From NCBI GenBank assembly GCA_937991645.1, contig CALKPL010000025.1:6734-70733 (forward strand): a stretch of 64,000 nt of DNA. Direction: 5' to 3'. Source of the DNA: an uncultured Clostridia bacterium (GTDB lineage: Bacteria > Bacillota > Clostridia > Oscillospirales > UMGS1783). A program made the translations under genes and the position numbers. Of the stretch, positions 48,633 to 55,612 are shown in pieces; the first letter of the stretch is position 1, and each line of letters starts with the position of its first letter. The notes under the pieces are model-generated. The model did no database searches. It worked only from the letters and a program-made list of their open reading frames with translations, and had not been told where the DNA came from.

Positions 48633-49670
48633 ATGAAAGAAGTAATTTTTCTATGCTTAACGCTGCTGTGCGTTGGCGCCCTGGCAGGGTGCGCGTCCAA
48701 TGAGTCGCCTGCATTATCGGGAAGTATTTCGGCGGGCTCCAGCCTGCCGGCGAGCGCTCCTTCACAGCCGGCGTCAGAGGGAACTGCGCAGCCGGACGTA
48801 TCTTCCGACGGCACGCCAGTCGTGTTCATGACGACGGATATCAGTGCGGAAGGGCTAGTGAAGATATATGAAGCACTGGGGGCGTCTCCTTCCGGGAATA
48901 TTGCGGTAAAGCTCTCCACAGGCGAACCTGGAAGCAATTATCTGCGCACGGATTTGATTGGCGATTTGGTGCAGTCTTTTGAAAATCCCACGATCGTGGA
49001 ATGCAACACGGCCTACGGCGGCCGGCGGGCGAATACCGCCATGCACTATCAACTTGCGGAAGACCATGGCTATACTGCCATTGCCAATGTGGATATTATG
49101 GATGAAAACGGCTCCATGACGCTTCCGGTCGTCGGCGGCAGCAATCTTACGGAAAACTATGTAGGCGCGAATTTTGCCAATTACGATTATTTTGTGGTTC
49201 TATCACATTTCAAGGGCCACGCAATGGCCGGGTTTGGCGGAGCGATTAAGAATATCTCTATTGGTATTGCTTCTTCGGAGGGGAAAGCCCATATCCACAG
49301 TGGCGGGACCGGCGGAAGCATGTGGGGCGGCGATCAGGACGCATTTCTCGAGTCCATGGCTGAAGCTGGAAAATCCATAGCGGACTATCTGAATGGAAAT
49401 ATTCTGTATATCAATGTAATGAACCGACTGAGCGTGGATTGCGACTGCGACGGAAACCCCGCCGAGCCTGATATGCACGATATTGGCGTCCTGGCTTCCT
49501 TTGACCCGGTGGCATTGGATCAGGCCTGTATTGACCTGGTGTATTCCGCCGAAGACGGCGCTTCCCTGGTCCAGCGAATTGAGTCCCGCAACGGACTGCA
49601 TACGCTGGAACACGCAGAGGCAATCGGCCTTGGCAGCCGCAGCTATGAACTGGTGCATATCGACGGCTAA
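48633..49670 (+). CDS. DUF362-like lipoprotein
   Basis: Lipobox ALAGC and an S/A/P-rich linker. DUF362-type core (VKLSTGEPG, ECNTAYGG, HFKGH, SVDCDCDG, FDPVALDQACIDLV). GGGAGG lies 6 nt before the ATG at 48633. Confidence 0.75.
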   Translation: MKEVIFLCLTLLCVGALAGCASNESPALSGSISAGSSLPASAPSQPASEGTAQPDVSSDGTPVVFMTTDISAEGLVKIYEALGASPSGNIAVKLSTGEPGSNYLRTDLIGDLVQSFENPTIVECNTAYGGRRANTAMHYQLAEDHGYTAIANVDIMDENGSMTLPVVGGSNLTENYVGANFANYDYFVVLSHFKGHAMAGFGGAIKNISIGIASSEGKAHIHSGGTGGSMWGGDQDAFLESMAEAGKSIADYLNGNILYINVMNRLSVDCDCDGNPAEPDMHDIGVLASFDPVALDQACIDLVYSAEDGASLVQRIESRNGLHTLEHAEAIGLGSRSYELVHIDG

Positions 49671-49943
49671 ACGATAGAAAGCCGTAACGCGTATCCTTGC
49701 GAATATATACGCATACTTTTCCGCGCCATCCGTTAACACATAATTGCGCAACGTACTGTCTAAGCCACATGAAAAATTTTTTCAGCATTTTTGCGGTGAG
49801 AGTGGAACCTTCGTGCCCGAAAAAGGCTGACAGCAAGCCGAAGCGTTGCGAGCGCGTTTACAAGCGAGCGGCAAAGACGCTGCATGACTTTTCCGGAAAA
49901 GGAGGAGCAAGGGGAAGCGGGCGGATGGTTTTCTGCCGCAGGC

Positions 49944-49980
49944 AAAAAATAAGCCGGAGCAAAGCGAACTTTGCTCCGGC
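49944..49980 (-). terminator. Strong orphan intrinsic terminator (minus strand) in an unassigned spacer
   Basis: 12-bp stem GCCGGAGCAAAG / CTTTGCTCCGGC. On the minus strand it is followed by TTATTTTTTGCC. Confidence 0.65.
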
Positions 49981-50337
49981 GTGACGGAGGAAGGGGAAAA
50001 ATCCCCCTGTGCTGGTTGCGCGTCTGCACTCCGGCGTTGTGCCGGCCGGCGCATATTCTTTTGTGCATGAAGGCAACAAACAACAGGCAAAGCTTTTTAT
50101 CTGTCCTGGCCTTTTTCACCGTATGAGAGTCCTTCTTTTTACGCAGCTTCATCTGCGAAAAATGCAGGCAGTAACCAGGGGGGGAGAAACCGGGATCGAC
50201 CGGCCGTGGAGCCTTGCTGTTCCGGTTCAGGCATTCCCAAATCTCAGAAAAATTTCCGAGCAGGGAGGCCGCCGGCGTGGGCCCGGAATCTGCCGCTTGC
50301 AAGGTTTCCCCTGTACCGGAAATAGGAGGCAAACAGA

Positions 50338-51381
50338 ATGCAATACATCAAATTGGGCAACTCAGAATTAACGGTATCCCGTATCTGTATGGGATGCATG
50401 GGCTTTGGCGACGCGCAGAACGGACAACACAGCTGGACGCTGGATGAGGAGCACACGCGTGAAATAATACGGCGGGGGCTTGCGCTGGGCGTCAATTTTT
50501 TTGATACGGCCATAGGCTATCAAAGCGGTACCAGCGAACAGTATTTGGGTCGAGCAATTCGAGATTTTGCCAAACGTGAGGATGTGGTTGTCGCCACAAA
50601 ATTCCTGCCCCGCACCCAGGAAGAGATCACCGCTGGTATTTCTGGGCAGCGGCACATTGAACAGATGATCAATACCAGTCTGAAGAATCTGCGCCTTGAT
50701 TACGTGGATCTGTATATTTACCACATGTGGGATTATGAAACGCCGCTCTATGACATCATGGACGGGCTCAATCGGATGATAAAAGCGGGTAAAGTTCGGT
50801 ACATTAGCATATCCAACTGCTTTGCCTATCAGTTGGCCAAGGCCAATGCGCTTGCCGAAAAAGAAAATTTTGCGAAGTTCATTTCTATCCAGGGCCACTA
50901 TAATCTGATCTTCCGGGAAGAGGAACGGGAGATGATGAAGCTCTGCGCTGAAGACAATATCGCCATGACGCCCTACAGTGCTTTAGCAGGCGGCCGGCTT
51001 TCAAAGCGTCCGGGGGAAACCTCCAAACGGCTGGTGGAGGACAGTTATGCAAAATTTAAATATGACGCCACGGCAGAGCTGGACAATGCAATCATCCGGC
51101 GTGTGGCGGAATTGGCGGATATGCGGGGCGTGTCTATGACGGAAATTTCCCTTGCATGGCTTTTCACAAAGGTGAACGCGCCGGTGGTAGGCACTACAAA
51201 GCCGCGCCACATCGAAGGCGCGGTAAAGGCGATGGAACTGGTTTTGACTCCGGAAGAGATCGCCTATCTGGAAGAACCGTATGTTCCACATAAATTGGCA
51301 GGCGTTATGGCGCAGAATACCCCGGCGGCGGCAAAGCTGCGGCATGTGTGGTCCACAGGCAGCCAGAAGCTGGAAGAATAG
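50338..51381 (+). CDS. Aldo/keto reductase
   Basis: 347 aa with LGCMGFG-type CMGCMGFG, FFDTAIGY and a YIYHMWD motif. AGGAGG lies upstream. Confidence 0.92.
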   Translation: MQYIKLGNSELTVSRICMGCMGFGDAQNGQHSWTLDEEHTREIIRRGLALGVNFFDTAIGYQSGTSEQYLGRAIRDFAKREDVVVATKFLPRTQEEITAGISGQRHIEQMINTSLKNLRLDYVDLYIYHMWDYETPLYDIMDGLNRMIKAGKVRYISISNCFAYQLAKANALAEKENFAKFISIQGHYNLIFREEEREMMKLCAEDNIAMTPYSALAGGRLSKRPGETSKRLVEDSYAKFKYDATAELDNAIIRRVAELADMRGVSMTEISLAWLFTKVNAPVVGTTKPRHIEGAVKAMELVLTPEEIAYLEEPYVPHKLAGVMAQNTPAAAKLRHVWSTGSQKLEE

Positions 51382-51741
51382 AGTGAATCAATGATTGCGG
51401 AACGATTCAGAGTCAGCAAAACGATTTAACCGGCAGTATGATAGGTTGTCCTGCCGAAAACAGGCCGGGTATGTCGGTCATTGTAATTGTGCCGGGCGAA
51501 CTGGAGTTGGTTGCATGCAGGTATGCGTTGCCGCGATACTGGACACTGGGCGTTCGCTCCATTTATCGTCTTGGAAAAGATGCGTCGGGCGGCGGCCTGC
51601 CGCGTATTGACATGGTGCGGCATTGTTGCAGACGCAAATGTCTGCGACAATAGAACTGCCTGATTATGATAAAAAGACGGATTTTATAATGTACCCGACA
51701 GAAGTCAGGTCAATTTTTGATTTGACAAGGAGTCAAGCGCA

Positions 51742-52641
51742 ATGGATATACTGCATCGGGAGTTTAATTATATCTGGTACTATTTCACCGTTCAATTTGA
51801 GCAGATATTTGGCTGGTGGGTTCTGGGCATGGTACTCGGCTCGGCAGTTTCCGTCTTTGCCAAAGACCATATCCACCGCGCTTTCCGTTCTTTGCAGGGG
51901 AAACGGCTGGGAGTTCTGGGCGTTGTGGCAGCCAGCGCCTTGGGAATTGCTTCTCCGTTGTGTATGTATGGGACGATTCCGATCGCCGCTTCGTTTTCTC
52001 GCGGGGGGATCAAGGACGATTGGCTGGCTGCATTTATGATGTCGTCAATACTCCTCAATCCCCAGCTCATCATTTACAGCGCGGCGCTTGGTGGGACCGT
52101 TTTGACTGTACGCATTGTATCCTGCTTGTTGTGCGGCATAACTGCCGGACTGCTGATCCGCTTTTTTTACAGGGACAAGCAATTTTTTAACTTTACTGGG
52201 TTCGATGAACCTGAAAACCGGGACACGGATCCCAATCTTCTGCTGCGCTATCTGAAAAATCTCTGGCGCAACGTAAAAGCTACCGGGCTTTATTTCCTGA
52301 TTGGCGTCCTGCTTTCCGCCCTGTTTCAGCGGTATATTCCGGCGGAAGCCATGGCGGCCCTCTTCGGTGGAAATGAGGCGCTGGGCGTTCTAATGTCGGC
52401 CACCATTGGCGTGCCTCTATATGCCTGCGGCGGCGGTACCATTCCTTTGCTGCAGCAATGGCTTTGGGATGGCATGAGTGTGGGCGGTGCCGCCTCATTC
52501 ATGCTGACCGGGCCCGCTACAAAAATCACCAATCTCGGCGCGCTGAAAATTGTGTTGGGGATCCGTCGCTTTTTGCTGTATTTGGCCTATGTAATAGTGT
52601 TCTCACTCATTACGGGACTGGTTGTCAACCTGATCGTATAA
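51742..52641 (+). CDS. Permease of the COG0701 / DUF318 (ArsP-like) family
   Basis: 299 aa and polytopic. Two Cys-containing motifs (SPLCMYGTIPIA and PLYACGGGTIPL) are characteristic of this family. AAGGAG lies upstream. Confidence 0.8.
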   Translation: MDILHREFNYIWYYFTVQFEQIFGWWVLGMVLGSAVSVFAKDHIHRAFRSLQGKRLGVLGVVAASALGIASPLCMYGTIPIAASFSRGGIKDDWLAAFMMSSILLNPQLIIYSAALGGTVLTVRIVSCLLCGITAGLLIRFFYRDKQFFNFTGFDEPENRDTDPNLLLRYLKNLWRNVKATGLYFLIGVLLSALFQRYIPAEAMAALFGGNEALGVLMSATIGVPLYACGGGTIPLLQQWLWDGMSVGGAASFMLTGPATKITNLGALKIVLGIRRFLLYLAYVIVFSLITGLVVNLIV

Positions 52642-52818
52642 ATCCATGCTGCCATTGGAAAATAGTTTTGGTAGAAGAAGAGGGGCTGTGAAAGGGATGG
52701 GCGGGGCCGGTATGAAGCAACCATGTTTCTTGGCCTGGCCAAATGTATCGAACGAATATTTTCAACACAGATAACAGACGGATCATCCGTGTAAAAATGT
52801 ATCCCGTTTAGAATCCTG

Positions 52819-52867
52819 AAAAAAACAGTAACCGGAAGAACTTCTTCCGGTTACTGTTCTGTTGTTT
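52819..52867. terminator. Bidirectional intrinsic terminator
   Basis: About 14-bp stem CAGTAACCGGAAGA / TCTTCCGGTTACTG flanked by A7 and a T-rich tail. Confidence 0.8.
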
Positions 52868-52932
52868 CGAAAGCGGCAACCGCCGCGCATTATATCTCGG
52901 ATCAGCTGCTTTCGTGCCGTCCGCGTCACCCG

Positions 52933-53901
52933 CTATTCCGCTGCGACCAACCAGTCTCGTTCCGCCGCAGTCAGCTCAATGGCGTCCGCACCGAGGCTTT
53001 CTGCAAGATGTTCCGGGTTCATTGTGCCGAGAATGGGGAAGACGGGGAATTCATAGGAGCGCAGATAGGCAAGGCCAATCTGCAAGGGCGTGCAGCCTTT
53101 TTCCTTAGCCAGTTCGCGCGCCCGATCCCTGCGCCTGCGGCTGGTCGGGTTGTCAAACGACATGGCGTTATTCGTTTCCAGCCCGTTCAGATAACCGTAT
53201 GCGCTGGGCGTCCAGGGCATCATTGGGAACCCGGTTTTCCTGTGCCATGCAACGTCCTCGTCTGTCGTGACACGACAGGTATCGTCCTTGGTGCCGTCCC
53301 AGTTATACGGCTGATGATTGGCGACGCAAAGGTTCCACTGCGGCGACGAAGTCACAAATCCCTGCAGATTATGCTCTTGCGCATAGGCGTTAGCCTCCGC
53401 AATCCGGGCGGGCGTCCAGTTGCTCGCGCCCAGATAGCGGATCCTGCCGCGCCGGATTTCGGCGTTCAGGATTTCGATGATTTCACCAACGGTGTGACGC
53501 GTATCGTCCCGATGCAGCGTGTACAGGTCTATGTAATCGATGCGCAGCCGTTCCAGCGACTCGGATATATCCGAGCCGATCACCTCGGCCGTCATCGTGT
53601 CGTCCGGCCGGGGATAGAACGGCAGTGTCTGAATCAGCGCGCCCTTTGTTGAAATAACCATGTCCTTGCGGTTGCCGAACTTTTGCAGACAGTCGCCCAG
53701 AGTGCGCTCGCTGGCGCCGTCGCCATCAGGCATCCAACATGCATAGCCGTGTGCTGTGTCGAACAAATTGCCGCCCGCCTCTACAAACTGCTCATAGAGC
53801 CGGTACGCGTCGTCGCCTTTGGCGCGTGTGCCAAAGAACATGACGCCGTAGCAATAAGAAGATACGTTCAGATCCGTATTCGGTATAACCTGGTGTTTCA
53901 T
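52933..53901 (-). CDS. Aldo/keto reductase
   Basis: About 322 aa from ATG 53901, with GGAGGG 6 nt upstream. Motifs NLFDTAHGY, LYTLHRDD and IRYLGASNW. Confidence 0.92.
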   Translation of the reverse strand: MKHQVIPNTDLNVSSYCYGVMFFGTRAKGDDAYRLYEQFVEAGGNLFDTAHGYACWMPDGDGASERTLGDCLQKFGNRKDMVISTKGALIQTLPFYPRPDDTMTAEVIGSDISESLERLRIDYIDLYTLHRDDTRHTVGEIIEILNAEIRRGRIRYLGASNWTPARIAEANAYAQEHNLQGFVTSSPQWNLCVANHQPYNWDGTKDDTCRVTTDEDVAWHRKTGFPMMPWTPSAYGYLNGLETNNAMSFDNPTSRRRRDRARELAKEKGCTPLQIGLAYLRSYEFPVFPILGTMNPEHLAESLGADAIELTAAERDWLVAAE

Positions 53902-53934
53902 ACACATCCCTCCGTATGGTAACATTGTGCATAT

Positions 53935-53963
53935 ATCATAGCATTCTCAGGATGGTAAGTCAA
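53935..53963 (-). promoter_or_regulatory. Sigma-A promoter of the second aldo/keto reductase
   Basis: On the minus strand, TTGACT (53958-53963), a 17-nt spacer and TATGAT (53935-53940). Confidence 0.6.
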
Positions 53964-54170
53964 TTGCCTGCAATGCCGACATCTGAAAAAAATATTGATC
54001 GGACGGGGCTTGGCGCTTGCCTAAAACCACTTCATTATATGGAAGCCGAGACGCTTCTGCAAGCGCTGCGATGCAGTCTTCTCTGATACAGGCGGGACCG
54101 AAAATCTGTTCACTGCGGGATAGGCACGGTAGTGTGGATACAGCGCAGTCGTTCTCTCTGCTTTATATAT

Positions 54171-54197
54171 AAAAAAGGGGGATGCACCGCATCCCCC
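54171..54197 (-). terminator. Intrinsic terminator of the metG-tatD-radical SAM operon
   Basis: GGGGGATGC / GCATCCCCC stem. The A6 run on the plus strand gives a U-run on the minus strand. Confidence 0.8.
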
Positions 54198-54202
54198 TCT
54201 GG

Positions 54203-54811
54203 TCAGGATTCAATCATTTCCCGAACCCGTAACGTAACACCAATTTCCTTGGCAATTTCACGGCATTTTTCAATATCGTCCCCATCCATTACATCCACCA
54301 CGCTCAGGATTACCGTGGGAATATAGTCCTTACACTTTTGTGCGAACCGAAGCAGGGCGGGAAACGCCTGTTCGCCGTAAACGCTGTGACACATTTCATC
54401 GTACTGCCGCGCGTTGGGCGCGTTGAGGCTGATCGACACCACATCGACCACGCCTTGCAGCCGTGCGGCAGCGTCAGGACCATAAAAAAGCTCCGCCTGG
54501 CCGTTGGTGTTGATCCGGATAGGTAGTTGCGGCGCGCTGTGTTTGACCTGCGCGGCAATCCACACAAGGTCGTCCAGCCGCATCATAGGCTCTCCATAGC
54601 CGCAGAAAACAAGCTCTTTGAGCTCGGACAGGTCGTGACGGAAGATATCCTTTAGCACTTCTTCTTTTTCCGGCTCGCGTTCCAGCCAGAGGCTGTCGCT
54701 GCCGCCGACCGAATCGCCGCCGAGGCGAATGCAGAAGGAACAGGCGTTGGTGCATTGGTTCGTTAAGTTGATATAAAGGGAATCTCCAATCCTGTATGTA
54801 AGCGTCATCAT
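54203..54811 (-). CDS. Radical SAM protein, TatD-associated family
   Basis: 202 aa with the CxxxCxxC motif CTNACSFC near the N-terminus. It lies 18 nt downstream of tatD. Confidence 0.85.
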   Translation of the reverse strand: MMTLTYRIGDSLYINLTNQCTNACSFCIRLGGDSVGGSDSLWLEREPEKEEVLKDIFRHDLSELKELVFCGYGEPMMRLDDLVWIAAQVKHSAPQLPIRINTNGQAELFYGPDAAARLQGVVDVVSISLNAPNARQYDEMCHSVYGEQAFPALLRFAQKCKDYIPTVILSVVDVMDGDDIEKCREIAKEIGVTLRVREMIES

Positions 54812-54829
54812 TGCGCGTTTCCCCCCAAT

Positions 54830-55591
54830 TTAAGAGATATGATAGATGCGTTTTCCGTTTTCCATGGTAATGCGCGCCACTTCTTCCACAGGCATATCCC
54901 AAATCTCCGCCACAGCCTGCGCAACGTATTTAATCATGTTCGGCGTGTTGAGCTGTCCGCGGTAGGGTTCGGGCGAAAGATATGGGCAGTCCGTTTCAAT
55001 CAGCACCCGGTCGTGCGGCAGGTATTGCAGCACCTCGCGCGTGCGGTGCGCATTTTTAAATGTGATAATGCCGTTAAACGAGAGGTAATATCCCATATCG
55101 AGCAGGATACGCGCCGTTTCAATGCTGCCGGAATAGGAGTGTACGATGCCTGTTACGCCTGGATAGTGGCGCAGTACGTCCAGCGTGTCCTTGTGCGCTT
55201 CCCGGTTGTGAATGACAACGGGAAGCGCCAGCTTTTTTGCAAGCTCCATCTGGTGGTTAAACGCGTGGGACTGGCTGGCCTTGTCCGAAAAATCGTAGTG
55301 ATAGTCGAATCCAATCTCGCCAATGGCGACCACTTTCGGATGTGCCGCAAGCTGTTCCAGCCGTTCAAAGCTCTCATAACTTACGTTCTGGGAATCGTGC
55401 GGATGAATACCGACCGCCGCGTAGATAAAATCGTAATTCTCTGCAAGCTGCACGGAGTTTTCGGAGGAGGTTATGTCGGATCCGATGTTGACAAGACAGG
55501 AAAGTTCACCCCGCATGGCGCTTTTGATTACGCTGTATCGGGTTTCGTCAAATTTCTTATCGTCAATATGCGCATGGGTATCAAAATACAT
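54830..55591 (-). CDS. tatD: TatD-family metal-dependent hydrolase
   Basis: MYFDTHAHI, GEIGFDYHY, VIHNREA and HSYSG motifs. Confidence 0.94.
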   Translation of the reverse strand: MYFDTHAHIDDKKFDETRYSVIKSAMRGELSCLVNIGSDITSSENSVQLAENYDFIYAAVGIHPHDSQNVSYESFERLEQLAAHPKVVAIGEIGFDYHYDFSDKASQSHAFNHQMELAKKLALPVVIHNREAHKDTLDVLRHYPGVTGIVHSYSGSIETARILLDMGYYLSFNGIITFKNAHRTREVLQYLPHDRVLIETDCPYLSPEPYRGQLNTPNMIKYVAQAVAEIWDMPVEEVARITMENGKRIYHIS

Positions 55592-55612
55592 TGTTCCGCC
55601 TCCCTAAACGCG

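Noticed and set aside
49760-50332. 190-aa minus-strand ORF and overlapping 95- to 120-aa ORFs upstream of the aldo/keto reductase
   Set aside because: They have no SD and a non-protein-like composition. The ORF reads straight through a strong terminator hairpin.
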